This document shows, in pieces, positions 27,798-37,836 of a stretch of DNA of 64,000 bases; the first letter of the stretch is position 1, and every line of letters starts with the position of its first letter. The DNA is taken from assembly GCA_963836665.1 (NCBI GenBank), contig CAWIKL010000003.1, positions 4,082-68,081 on the forward strand, read 5' to 3'. The stretch is from an uncultured Acidobacteriota bacterium. GTDB lineage: Bacteria > Acidobacteriota > Vicinamibacteria > Vicinamibacterales > 2-12-FULL-66-21. The notes below the pieces were generated by a model. The model ran no database searches. It saw nothing but the letters and a program-made list of their open reading frames with translations, and was not told where the DNA came from. Both the position numbers and the translations under genes were made by a program.

Positions 27798-30700
27798 GAC
27801 GCCACCTCCCGCGCGACGTGCGTCCGTTTGTGCAGTAGCGCGAACACCGCCGGCACGAAGAACAGCGTCGCCACGGTTGCCAGCGACAGGCCGCCAATGA
27901 CCGCGCGACCAAGTGGCGCGTTCTGCTCGCCGCCTTCGCCGAAGCCGAGCGCCATCGGCACCATGCCGATGATCATCGCCAGCGCCGTCATCAAGACCGG
28001 CCGGAACCGGCCGAAGCCGGCCTCGAGCGCGGCGTCGAACGCCGACTGGCCGCGCGCCAGTTCGTCCTTCGCGAAGCTCACTACGAGGATGCTGTTTGCC
28101 GTCGCCACGCCCATGCACATTATGGCTCCGGTCAGCGCCGGCACACTCAGGGTTGTGTGCGTCAGGAAGAGCATCCAGACAATGCCGGCGAGCGCCGCCG
28201 GCAGCGCGGAAATGATGATGAAGGGATCGAGCCAGGACTGGAAGTTCACGACAATCAACAGATAGACGAGGATGATGGCCAGGGCCAAGCCGGCGACCAG
28301 GCCGAGAAACGACGTGCGCATTGTCTCGATGGTGCCGCGCACCACGATGGAGGAACCGCGCGGCAGGGTCTTCTGGGCCGCGTCGATAATCGGCTGGATG
28401 TCCTTGGCGACCCCGCCGAGGTCGCGCCCCTGCACCGAGCCGTAGATGTCGATGACCGGCTGCACGTTGTAATGCGACACGACCGCGGGTCCGGCCTCGC
28501 GGTGCACCGTCGCCACGCTCTCGAGTAGCGGCTGGATGCCATCCCCCGCGGTGATCGGGATCGTGTTGAGGTCGTCCAGCGACTCCATCCGGTATTGCGG
28601 CGTCATCGTGCTGATCGCGTAGCTGACGCCGGTCGACGGATTGAGCCAGAACGTCGGCGAGGTCTGGCCGCTGCCGCTCAGCGAGACGAGCAGGTTGTTG
28701 GCGACGTCGCGCTGCGTCAGCCCGAGCTGCGCGGCGCGCGTCCGATCGACGTCGACCTCCAGCGCCGGCTCGTTCGCGACCTGGTGCACCCGTAAGTCGA
28801 CGATGCCGGGTACGTGCATCATCTTCGTCGCCAGCGCCGCCGCGAACTTTCGGTTCGCCTCGAAGTTGCGTCCGACGATCTGCACGTCGATCGGCGCCGG
28901 CAGCCCGAAACTGAGGATCTGGCTGACGATGTCGGACGGGATGAATGAGAACTGCACGCCGGGGAAGCGGCGGTTCAGCTCGATCCGCAGATCGTGGATG
29001 TAGCGGGCGGTCGCTTCGTGATCCTGGGTCAGCGCGACCATGATGTCGGCGTCGCCGGCGCCGATCGGCGCCGAGTTGGAGTACGACAGGTTGAGGCCGC
29101 TGTAGGGCAGCCCAATGTTGTCGACCAGGCTCTCCAGCTGCTTCTTCGGGATGACGTCGCGGATGGCGTCGTCCACCTGATCGCAGAGCAGCGCGGTCTC
29201 CTCGATACGCGTCCCGGTTGGCGCGCGCAGGTGGAGCTTGAACTGGCCGCTGTCGACCGCCGGGAAGAAGTCCTGCCCGACCCACGGCAGCAGGACGAAG
29301 GATAGCGCGCACAGCCCGAGAAACGCCGCCGCGAACAGAGCGCGCCGCGACAGGCACGCGGCCAGCGTCCGACGGTAGGCGCCGCGCAGGTGGATGAAGC
29401 CGTGGTCGAGCGCCTGCTGCGCGCGCACGAACGGGTTGCGCGAGACCGAGTGGCCGTGCTCCTGGTGCGCCTTCAACAGGTACTTCGACATCGTCGGGAC
29501 CAGTGTGCGCGAGAGGACGTAGGACGCCAGCATCGCGAACACGACCGCTTCCGCCATCGGCACGAAGAGATAACGCGCCACGCCGGTGAGGAAGAACATC
29601 GGCACGAACACGATGCAGATGCACAGGGTCGAGACAAACGCCGGGATCGCGATCTGCTGCGCGCCCTCGAGGATGGCCGGCTCGAGTTCCTTGCCCGCCT
29701 CGAGGTGCGTGTTGATGTTTTCGATCGCGACCGTCGCGTCGTCGACGAGGATGCCGACGGCGAGGGCCAGGCCGCCCAGTGTCATGATGTTGATCGTCTC
29801 GCCGAGCCCGCTGAGCACGATGATCGACGTCAGGATCGACAGCGGGATTGAGACCGCGATGATGATCGTGCTGCGCCAGCTGCCGAGGAAGACGAGGATC
29901 ATGATCGCCGTCAGGCAGGCGGCGACCACCGCTTCGCGGATGACGCCCTGGATCGAGGCGCGGACGAACACCGACTGATCCGCCATGCTGCGGATCTCGA
30001 GCGCGGGCGGTAGGCTGGCGGCGATCGTCGACAGCTGTTCCTTGACGTGGTCGATGATGTCGAGCGTCGAGGCCGAGCCGGTCTTCATGATCGAGACCAT
30101 CGTGGCGCGCTGGCCGTTGACGCGGATGATGTTGGTCTGCGGCGGGTAGCCGTTCCTGACGTGCGCGACGTCGCGGATGTAGATCGGCGTGTCCCCCGTC
30201 CGCACTGGCAGGTCGTTCAGTTCCTCGACCGTGTCGGGGCTGCCGTGCATGCGCACGTCGTACTCGGTGCCGCCGATCTTCGACGTGCCCCCCGGCAGAA
30301 TAAGGTTCTGGTTGGCGACCGCGTTGACCACGTCGACCGGCGTCAGGCCCTTCGATTTGAGCGCGTCGGGATCGAGATCGATCTGAACCTGCGCCTGCTT
30401 GCCGCCGTACGGGTTGGGGATCGACGCCCCTTGCACCGTGGCCAACTGGACGCGCAGGAAGTTGACGCCGATGTCGTAGAGCTGCTGCTCCGACAGCCCC
30501 TGCCCCGACAGTCCGAGCTGCAGCACCGGCACGCTCGAGGCGTTATACGTGATGATGAACGGCGGATTCGTGCCCGGCGGATCCTGCCGGATCGACGACT
30601 GCGAGATCGACGTGATCTGGGCGACCGCCGCTTCCGTTTTCGTCCCCGGCTGGAAGAACACCTTGACGATCGACGTGCCGCGCAGCGTCTGCGACTCGAT

Positions 30701-30940
30701 GTGCTCGATATCGTTGACGGTCGTCGTCAGGCCGCGCTCGAAGCCGGACACGATGCGGTTGGCCATCTCGTCGGCCGACATGCCGCTGTACTGCCAGACG
30801 GCAGTGACGACCGGGATGTTGATGTTGGGAAAGATGTCGGTCGGCGTCCGCATGATGGCCAGCGGGCCGACGAACAGGATCGCGATCGCCATCACGATGA
30901 ACGTGTAGGGGCGATTCAGCGCTATGCGGACGATCCACAT
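27794..30940 (-). CDS. RND efflux permease (AcrB-like)
   Basis: GILVDDA, RFRPVLMTA; 1048 aa. Confidence 0.96.
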   Translation of the reverse strand: MWIVRIALNRPYTFIVMAIAILFVGPLAIMRTPTDIFPNINIPVVTAVWQYSGMSADEMANRIVSGFERGLTTTVNDIEHIESQTLRGTSIVKVFFQPGTKTEAAVAQITSISQSSIRQDPPGTNPPFIITYNASSVPVLQLGLSGQGLSEQQLYDIGVNFLRVQLATVQGASIPNPYGGKQAQVQIDLDPDALKSKGLTPVDVVNAVANQNLILPGGTSKIGGTEYDVRMHGSPDTVEELNDLPVRTGDTPIYIRDVAHVRNGYPPQTNIIRVNGQRATMVSIMKTGSASTLDIIDHVKEQLSTIAASLPPALEIRSMADQSVFVRASIQGVIREAVVAACLTAIMILVFLGSWRSTIIIAVSIPLSILTSIIVLSGLGETINIMTLGGLALAVGILVDDATVAIENINTHLEAGKELEPAILEGAQQIAIPAFVSTLCICIVFVPMFFLTGVARYLFVPMAEAVVFAMLASYVLSRTLVPTMSKYLLKAHQEHGHSVSRNPFVRAQQALDHGFIHLRGAYRRTLAACLSRRALFAAAFLGLCALSFVLLPWVGQDFFPAVDSGQFKLHLRAPTGTRIEETALLCDQVDDAIRDVIPKKQLESLVDNIGLPYSGLNLSYSNSAPIGAGDADIMVALTQDHEATARYIHDLRIELNRRFPGVQFSFIPSDIVSQILSFGLPAPIDVQIVGRNFEANRKFAAALATKMMHVPGIVDLRVHQVANEPALEVDVDRTRAAQLGLTQRDVANNLLVSLSGSGQTSPTFWLNPSTGVSYAISTMTPQYRMESLDDLNTIPITAGDGIQPLLESVATVHREAGPAVVSHYNVQPVIDIYGSVQGRDLGGVAKDIQPIIDAAQKTLPRGSSIVVRGTIETMRTSFLGLVAGLALAIILVYLLIVVNFQSWLDPFIIISALPAALAGIVWMLFLTHTTLSVPALTGAIMCMGVATANSILVVSFAKDELARGQSAFDAALEAGFGRFRPVLMTALAMIIGMVPMALGFGEGGEQNAPLGRAVIGGLSLATVATLFFVPAVFALLHKRTHVAREVAS

Positions 30941-31001
30941 CGTTGGAGATGCTTATTATACTTTCGGATTAGATGGCAAAAGTGTGACGGGCCGCTGAGC
31001 T

Positions 31002-32747
31002 TCAGAAGAGGTAGCTTCGCCGTTCAACAGTCGCGTCCGACAGCTGCCGCCGCAGGATCACAGTATTGATCGGCCTGACCTTCAGCAACCGCCGCAACGC
31101 GGCCAGCCGCGTCGTCAGCATGTCCCCTTCGGCCAGTGCCGCGAGCGCGGTCTTCGCCGACGCCTCGATCCGCGCCACCGACTCATGCACGAATACGCGC
31201 GCCGCAGCTTCATGGAGGGGGCTGCCATCCTGTCCAGCCCGCAGCACGGCGCTCTCCGACGCATAGACGTCGATCAGGATGTCCGCTGTCGCCAGGAGTA
31301 CTTCCTGTTCGTCGGCGAGCTTCTCGCGGTAGGTGTCCATTGCGCTGGCGAGCACCATCAACGCGACCTTCTTCATGGCGGCCACGGCGCGGCGCTCCGC
31401 GTCGAGCGGCCCTTCCGATTCGGGGTCGAGCGATGGCGGCGCCAGCACTTCGTCCATCAACCGCTTCGCCGCGGGGATGAGCGGTAGATCTCCCTTGGCC
31501 GCGCGCCGCGCCAGCATGCCGGGGATGATCAACCGATTGATTTCGTTGGTCCCTTCGAAGATGCGGTTGACGCGCGCATCGCGGTAGTGGCGCTCGGCGG
31601 GGTAGTCACGTACGAAGCCATTGCCGCCGTGAACCTGCACGTTTTCGTCGAGGATGAAATCGATCGCCTCGCTCGCCGCGACCTTGAGCATCGATGCTTC
31701 GACGGCGAACTCCTCCAGCACCGCGAGCACCTGCCCGGGTGAATGATCGGCCGCCAGCGCCGTGTCGATCATGCCGGTGGTCCGATAGAGCATTGCCTCC
31801 ACGACGTACTGCCGCGCCGTCATGTCTCCCAGCTTCTGCTTGATGGCGCCAAACGACGCAATCGGCTTCCCGAACTGCTTGCGCGTGGCGGCGTAGCGTG
31901 CCGCTTCCTCGATCGCCAGCCGTCCGCCGCCACTGCACATGGCGCCAAGCTTCAGCCGGCCATAGTTGAGCGTGTTGAACGCGATCTTGTGCCCCTTGCC
32001 GATCTCGCCGAGCAGGTTGGCCGCCGGCACGCGCGCGTCCTGCAGGATGAGCGGCGTCGTCGACGAGCCGAGGAGCCCAAGCTTGTGTTCTTCCTTGCCG
32101 CTCGATACGCCGGCAAACGCCCGCTCGACGATGAAGCCCGTGAAGTGCTCGCCGTCTACCTTCGCGAAGACGATGAAGATGTCGGCGAAGCCGCCGTTGG
32201 TAATCCACATCTTCTCGCCCGAGAGCAGGTAGCTGCCGTCGGCCTGCCTGGTCGCGCGGGCGCGCGCGCCGAGCGCGTCGGAGCCGGACCCGGATTCGCT
32301 GAGGGCGTAGGCGCCGACGATCTCGCCACTGACGAGCCGCGGCAGGTACCGCTCTTTCTGATCGTCGGTGCCGAAGCAGAGGATCGGCGTGATCGCCAGT
32401 CCCGTCTGCGCGCCGAACGTCGTCGCAAACGACGCGCAGCGGCCGACAGCCTCGCCAACGACCACCGACGCGGTCTTGTCGAGCTCGAGGCCGCCGTATG
32501 CTTCCGGCACGTCGGTCGCCAGCAGGCCGAGCTCGGCAGCCCCCTGGACCATCTGGCGCGCCAGCCCCCAGTCTTTTGACTCGAGCTGGTCGAGCTTGGG
32601 CAGGACCTCGTGGTCGACGAACGCCTCAGCCGTCTGGCCGATGAGTCGCTGCTCGTCGGTCAACCGCTCACGCGTGAGAATCCCGTCGGCCGGTGCATCC
32701 TCGATCAACCAGCGGCCGCCTCTGGCCGATGTGACTGTCGGCGTCAT
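31002..32747 (-). CDS. Acyl-CoA dehydrogenase (VLCAD/FadE-like)
   Basis: ALSESGSGSD, KMWITNG, QVHGGNG, IFEGTNEI. Confidence 0.95.
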   Translation of the reverse strand: MTPTVTSARGGRWLIEDAPADGILTRERLTDEQRLIGQTAEAFVDHEVLPKLDQLESKDWGLARQMVQGAAELGLLATDVPEAYGGLELDKTASVVVGEAVGRCASFATTFGAQTGLAITPILCFGTDDQKERYLPRLVSGEIVGAYALSESGSGSDALGARARATRQADGSYLLSGEKMWITNGGFADIFIVFAKVDGEHFTGFIVERAFAGVSSGKEEHKLGLLGSSTTPLILQDARVPAANLLGEIGKGHKIAFNTLNYGRLKLGAMCSGGGRLAIEEAARYAATRKQFGKPIASFGAIKQKLGDMTARQYVVEAMLYRTTGMIDTALAADHSPGQVLAVLEEFAVEASMLKVAASEAIDFILDENVQVHGGNGFVRDYPAERHYRDARVNRIFEGTNEINRLIIPGMLARRAAKGDLPLIPAAKRLMDEVLAPPSLDPESEGPLDAERRAVAAMKKVALMVLASAMDTYREKLADEQEVLLATADILIDVYASESAVLRAGQDGSPLHEAAARVFVHESVARIEASAKTALAALAEGDMLTTRLAALRRLLKVRPINTVILRRQLSDATVERRSYLF

Positions 32748-32758
32748 CGTCACCCCAG

Positions 32759-33886
32759 TTAACACGCCTCGAACAAACCCGCCGCCCCCATCCCGCCGCC
32801 GACGCACATCGTCACCAGGCCGTAGCGCGCGCCGCGGCGTGGCATCTCGTGCAGCAGCGTCGCGGCCAGCTTCGCGCCGGTGCAGCCGAGCGGGTGCCCG
32901 AGCGCGATCGCTCCGCCGTTGACGTTGACCCGATCCGGGTCGATCGGCAGCTCGCGCAGGCAGGCGATGGCCTGAGCCGCGAATGCCTCGTTCAGCTCGA
33001 CGAGATCGATGCGATCGAGCGCCAGCCCCGTCTGCTTCAGGAGCCGGTGCACCGCCGGCACCGGTCCGATGCCGAAACGCTCCGGCTCGACGCCGGCCGT
33101 TGCATAACCGGCGAAGCGCGCCAGCGGCGTCAGGCCGCGGTCCTTGACCACGCGTTCGCTGACGACGATCGCCGCCGCCGCGCCGTCGCTCATCTGCGAC
33201 GAATTGCCCGCAGTGACGCTACCGTGCGCGTGAAACGCCGGCTTGAGCCTTGCCAGCGCCTCGAGCGACGTATCGCGCCGCGGCCCTTCGTCCGCCGCCA
33301 GGGCGTCGACGGCGACGAGCTCGTCGGCGAAGCGGCCGGTGTCGATCGCGGCGAGGGCGCGCTGGTGGCTCCTCAACGCAAAGGCATCCTGTTCCTCGCG
33401 GGTGATGCCGAAGTCGCGGACGTGGTTCTCGGCGACGAGGCCCGTGGTGAGATAGACATCCGGATAACTGTCGACGAGCGCCGGGTTCGGCGCGATCTTG
33501 TGACCGCCCATCGGCACCATGCTCATCGATTCGGTGCCGCCGGCGACGATCACGTCGGCGCCGCCGGCCATGATCCGCTCCGCGGCGTAGGCAATCGCCT
33601 GCAGCCCGGAAGAGCAGAAGCGGTTGACCGTCACCGCCGAAGCGGTGACCGGGATCCCGGCGCGCAGGCTGGCGATGCGGGCGACGTTCAGCCCCTGCTC
33701 CGCCTCCGGCATCGCACAGCCGAGGATGACGTCTTCCACTTCGGCGCTCCCGATCGACGGTACGCGCGCGAGTGCGCCGTGGATGGCGATGGCGGCGAGC
33801 TCGTCTGGGCGGACCCACCGCAACGCGCCGCTCGGAGCCTTCCCGACTGGCGTGCGCACGGCCGCGACGACGAAGGCGTCTCTCAT
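32759..33886 (-). CDS. fadA: Acetyl-CoA acyltransferase (thiolase); in frame with the upstream hydrolase
   Basis: NRFCSSG, NEAF, GHPLGCTG, CVGGG. Confidence 0.92.
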   Translation of the reverse strand: MRDAFVVAAVRTPVGKAPSGALRWVRPDELAAIAIHGALARVPSIGSAEVEDVILGCAMPEAEQGLNVARIASLRAGIPVTASAVTVNRFCSSGLQAIAYAAERIMAGGADVIVAGGTESMSMVPMGGHKIAPNPALVDSYPDVYLTTGLVAENHVRDFGITREEQDAFALRSHQRALAAIDTGRFADELVAVDALAADEGPRRDTSLEALARLKPAFHAHGSVTAGNSSQMSDGAAAAIVVSERVVKDRGLTPLARFAGYATAGVEPERFGIGPVPAVHRLLKQTGLALDRIDLVELNEAFAAQAIACLRELPIDPDRVNVNGGAIALGHPLGCTGAKLAATLLHEMPRRGARYGLVTMCVGGGMGAAGLFEAC

Positions 33887-34531
33887 GGCACGCTCGTTCG
33901 AATCGTCGAAGTCCCCGAGCAGATCCTCTAGCGCTTCACCGACCTCGGCCGTATGCCCCTCGAAAAGATGATCGGCCGCGTCGATCACGGCCAGCTCTTT
34001 CGGTTCCGGCAGCTCGCCGTAGAACTTCCACATGTCCTGGATCGGGCAGATGTCGTCCGCCTCTCCTTGGACGAAGAACTTCGGCTTCGTGCTCGTGCGC
34101 GTGTGAGTGAAGGCGTAGCCGTCCTTCGTCACCGGCGGAGCGATGCCGATCAGCACCTTCACGCGGTCGTCGGCCGCACCGGCTTCGAGCGCGATCCACG
34201 AACCAAAGGAGAATCCCGCGGCCCATAGCGGCAGAGCCGGAAACCTTGCCGCCATGTAGTCGAGCGCTGCGTTGAAGTCTTCCGTTTCGCCTGATCCGCC
34301 GGTGAATGATCCTTCGCTCCTGCCGACACCGCGAAAGTTGAAGCGAAGCACGGCGCAGCCGGCGCGCAGCAGTCCCTTCGCGCCCTGGTAGACCGCCTTG
34401 GTGTGCATCGTCCCTCCATGCGTCGGCAACGGATGGGCGAAGACCACCGCCGCGCGCGGCGGCCCGGCCGGCTCGTCGAGCAGCGCTTCGAGATGGCCCG
34501 CGGGCCCGGTCAGATCATGAACTGGCGGCAT
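33887..34531 (-). CDS. Alpha/beta hydrolase (no stop before the thiolase)
   Basis: HPLPTHGGTM, GFSFG, ADHLF. Confidence 0.88.
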
Positions 34532-35273
34532 TGACGAAAGTTCCTACGATCTCGGCGAAACGATCCGGCTGTGTCACCAGGCCGATGTGCCCCGTACCCT
34601 TCATCATCTCGTATTTTGCGCCCGGAATGAGCGAGGCGAACTCGCGGCTCGATGCCGCCGGCACCACCTGATCGAGCGCTGGTTCGCCGGTCACGATGAG
34701 GGTCGGCGCCGTGACGAGCCGGCATGCCTCTGCCAGGTCGAGGGCCAGCGGCAGCTGCATGCGCGCCGCCATCTCGGCGGGGACGATCGGCGCCGTGACG
34801 ATGCGGAGGACGTGCCCCACGGAAAACCGTGCGCGCGCCGCCAGGCCCGGAATCGCCGACGAGATTTCGGGCCACAGGCGCCCCGGGCTCGACGCCACGA
34901 AAGACGGCGTCGACCGCCACGGGCGCTGGAGATATCCCGCTTGTACTGGCGAGGGCTGCCACGACGGCCCCGGCGTGGACACGATGACCAGCGCACTAGT
35001 GCGCTCGGGCCGCGTCGCGGCGTACGCCACGGCAACGCGGCCGCCAAACGACACGCCGCAGATCGCGGCCCGGCGCAGTCCGCGCTCGTCGAGGATCCCG
35101 TCGAGCTGGGCGAGCAGATCGCTGAATGTCTCCGCCGGCGCGAGCGAGTAGCTGATCGCGCGGCACCGCCGCGACAGCGCATCGACGGTCGGCGCCATCC
35201 ATTCCCAGCGCCCCTGCACCCCGGGGATCACGACGAGCGGCACCCCTGATCCCTTGTCGAAGACCTGGCTCAT
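34515..35273 (-). CDS. Alpha/beta hydrolase
   Basis: GVSFG nucleophile elbow, TGH. Confidence 0.85.
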   Translation of the reverse strand: MSQVFDKGSGVPLVVIPGVQGRWEWMAPTVDALSRRCRAISYSLAPAETFSDLLAQLDGILDERGLRRAAICGVSFGGRVAVAYAATRPERTSALVIVSTPGPSWQPSPVQAGYLQRPWRSTPSFVASSPGRLWPEISSAIPGLAARARFSVGHVLRIVTAPIVPAEMAARMQLPLALDLAEACRLVTAPTLIVTGEPALDQVVPAASSREFASLIPGAKYEMMKGTGHIGLVTQPDRFAEIVGTFVNAASS

Positions 35274-35289
35274 TCGAGGTCAGCCGCTC

Positions 35290-37431
35290 TCAATTTCGCA
35301 ACGCCTTTCCCGTCTTCAGCGTATGCGCGATGCGGTCGAGGGTTTTACGCTCGCCGCAGAGGCTGAGGAATGCTTCCCGTTCGAGGTCGAGCAGCTGCTG
35401 TTCGCTGAGCGTCGCGGGGTGATGCCGATCACCACCGGCGAGGATCCAAGCCAGCTTGCGGCCGATCAGCGCGTCGTGGTCGCTGATGCGGCTGGCGCGC
35501 CACGCGAGATGGACGCCGAGCTTGAGCGCAGCCATCACCGCCTCGCCGCCGACGCGGATGGCGGCGCGCGGCTGGGCCGGGGTGAAGTCGCGCGCCAGCT
35601 GCAGCGCCGCTGCCTTCGCGTCTTCGAGCAGACGATCGCGGTTCATCGAAATGGCATCGCCGTCGCGCAGGAAGCCGAGCTCGCGCGCCTGCGCGGCGCT
35701 TTTCGAGACTTTCGCGAAGCCGATAGTCTCGAAGACACGCTGTACCGGCGGCAGCAGCTCGGCGCCCGGCACCAGGCCTTCCGTCGCGCGCGCCAGCATT
35801 TCCTTGGTGCCGCCACCGGCCGGCACCAGCCCGACGCCCGACTCGACGAGGCCGAGGTAGCTCTCCGCCGCCGCTTGCACGCGCGAGGCGTGCAGCGTCA
35901 TCTCGCAGGCGCCGCCCAACGTTTGCCCCGCCGGCGCGACTACGACCGGCACGTCGGCATGTTTCAGCGCCATGGTCGCGGCCTGGAACGTGCGGACCAT
36001 CAGATCGATTTCGTCCCAGTTGCCCTCCTGGGCCTCGAGTAGCAGGAGCAGCAGGTTGGCGCCAGCGGAAAAGTTCGCCGCACCGTTGGCGACAACGATG
36101 GCAGCGAAATTCATCGCCGCCTCCCGCACGCCCGCGCGGATCATCTCCATCGTGTCGCCGCCGATGACGTTCATCTTCGAGTGAAACTCGATCTGGACCA
36201 CGCCGTCGCCGATGTCGACCACACTCGCCCCGGTGTTGCTCTTGATGACCTTGGTCTTGGCAGTTGGTGTTCGGCTACTCGTTGGAAGTTGGGGAGTGCG
36301 GAGTACGGAATTGATCGCGCGAAGCGTCTCGAATGGCCCGAGTTCCCATCCATATCCCCATCTCATCGCACGATCGACGTCGTTGGGTGAGTAGGCGATC
36401 TCGCCGGAGATCTGCTGAACGTAGTCGAGCGTCGGACCGAGCGTCGCCCGCAGGAACGCGCCGACCTTGTCCTGGCCGTGGTAGAGAATCCGGATCCGCT
36501 CTCCGGCGTTCTCGATCGAGCGAGCGGCGTCGAGGGGCGCCAGCTTCGCCGGCTGCTGCGGACGGTACTCGAGCGTTGCAAGATCGAGCGTCAGGATCTC
36601 GTCGCCGGCCTTCTTGTAAAAACCCGCGCCCGCTTTCGCGCCGATCAGGCCCTTTGCCAGCATCTCTTCGATGAACGCCGGCAGCGCGAAGCCGAGCGTG
36701 CGCGCAACGCTGACGATGACGTCGATGCCGGCGATGTCGGCGGTGCGGAACGTCGCACTCTTCGGCCGTCCAATCGCGGGACCGGTGACTGCGTCCACTT
36801 CCTCGATGGTGTACTCACCCGACACGATCGCCTCGAACACACGCGTCAACCCGAACAGTCCGATGCGGTTCGCGATGAACCCCCGCACGTCCTTCGCGAC
36901 GACAACGCCCTTGCCGAGGCGCACGTCAGCGAAAGTGGTCAGGTCGCGGACGACCGCGGGATCGGTCTCGGGTGTGGGAATCAGCTCGAGAAGATGGAGG
37001 TAGCGCGGCGGGTTGAAGAAGTGCGTGCCGAGCCAGTGCCGGCGGAGGCTCTCGCTGCGTCCCGCGGCAATCGACGCGATCGGAATCCCCGACGTGTTCG
37101 AGCTGACGACGCCATCGGCGCGTCGGACTTCGTCGATGCGCGCGAGCAGCCCCTGTTTGGCGTCGAGCCGCTCGACGATCGCCTCGATAATCCAGTCGGC
37201 CGAACCGAGCGCCGCGAGATCCTCGTCGAAGCCGCCCGTCTCGACGAGCGCGGCCGTGGACGTAGTGAAGAACGGATCGGGCGTGAGGCGGACGGCGCGG
37301 GTCAGCCCCTCGCGCGCCGCCTGTCGCGAGACGTCGAGCAGCCGTACGCGCACCCCTGCGTTGGCGAGATGCGCAGCGATCTGCGCGCCCATGACACCGG
37401 CGCCGAGGACGGCCGCCTGGCGGACTCTCAT
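35290..37431 (-). CDS. fadN: 3-hydroxyacyl-CoA dehydrogenase/enoyl-CoA hydratase (FadN-like)
   Basis: GAGVMG, SNTSG, HFFNP, NFSAGAN, LGGACE. Confidence 0.9.
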   Translation of the reverse strand: MRVRQAAVLGAGVMGAQIAAHLANAGVRVRLLDVSRQAAREGLTRAVRLTPDPFFTTSTAALVETGGFDEDLAALGSADWIIEAIVERLDAKQGLLARIDEVRRADGVVSSNTSGIPIASIAAGRSESLRRHWLGTHFFNPPRYLHLLELIPTPETDPAVVRDLTTFADVRLGKGVVVAKDVRGFIANRIGLFGLTRVFEAIVSGEYTIEEVDAVTGPAIGRPKSATFRTADIAGIDVIVSVARTLGFALPAFIEEMLAKGLIGAKAGAGFYKKAGDEILTLDLATLEYRPQQPAKLAPLDAARSIENAGERIRILYHGQDKVGAFLRATLGPTLDYVQQISGEIAYSPNDVDRAMRWGYGWELGPFETLRAINSVLRTPQLPTSSRTPTAKTKVIKSNTGASVVDIGDGVVQIEFHSKMNVIGGDTMEMIRAGVREAAMNFAAIVVANGAANFSAGANLLLLLLEAQEGNWDEIDLMVRTFQAATMALKHADVPVVVAPAGQTLGGACEMTLHASRVQAAAESYLGLVESGVGLVPAGGGTKEMLARATEGLVPGAELLPPVQRVFETIGFAKVSKSAAQARELGFLRDGDAISMNRDRLLEDAKAAALQLARDFTPAQPRAAIRVGGEAVMAALKLGVHLAWRASRISDHDALIGRKLAWILAGGDRHHPATLSEQQLLDLEREAFLSLCGERKTLDRIAHTLKTGKALRN

Positions 37432-37448
37432 TATGCTAGGGTAAGCCC

Positions 37449-37724
37449 ATGCTCGACGAGGCCCAACAGCAGGCAATCGTCACGCGCCTGAACCGCATCG
37501 AAGGCCAGGTGCGCGGCATTCGCCGCATGGTGCAGGAGCCCCGTCTGTGCATCGAGATTCTGCAGCAGCTCTCGGCGGCCGAAGCCGCCCTCAATCGCAT
37601 TAGCCTCGCTGTCTTCCGCTGCCACGTGGAAAATTGCGTCCCGCGCGGAATCGAGAACGGGGAGCCTGATCGCAGCGCGCGCCTCGCAGAACTGGTCGAC
37701 ATCTTCGATCGCTTCGCACGCTAG
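37449..37724 (+). CDS. csoR: CsoR/RcnR metal-sensing repressor
   Basis: RLNRIEGQVRG, C...H...C ligand set. Confidence 0.85.
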   Translation: MLDEAQQQAIVTRLNRIEGQVRGIRRMVQEPRLCIEILQQLSAAEAALNRISLAVFRCHVENCVPRGIENGEPDRSARLAELVDIFDRFAR

Positions 37725-37836
37725 CTCTTCCTCATTAAATCTTGCATTTCGCCGAATCCGGGACCATAGTGACGTGTCCGGTATCGGACACCGTCCGTTC
37801 GCGAAAAATCGGGTCTCTTTCTGTCTGGGAGGATGG

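Noticed and set aside
25177-29624. 911-aa and 1000-aa ORFs as giant fusion proteins
   Set aside because: N-terminal extensions are Arg-rich off-frame reads overlapping the upstream gene; real starts are the GTGA overlaps at 26625 and 27797
37725-37836. sigma54 promoter or riboswitch upstream of the second TonB-like gene
   Set aside because: No convincing TGGCAC-N5-TTGC match or recognisable aptamer
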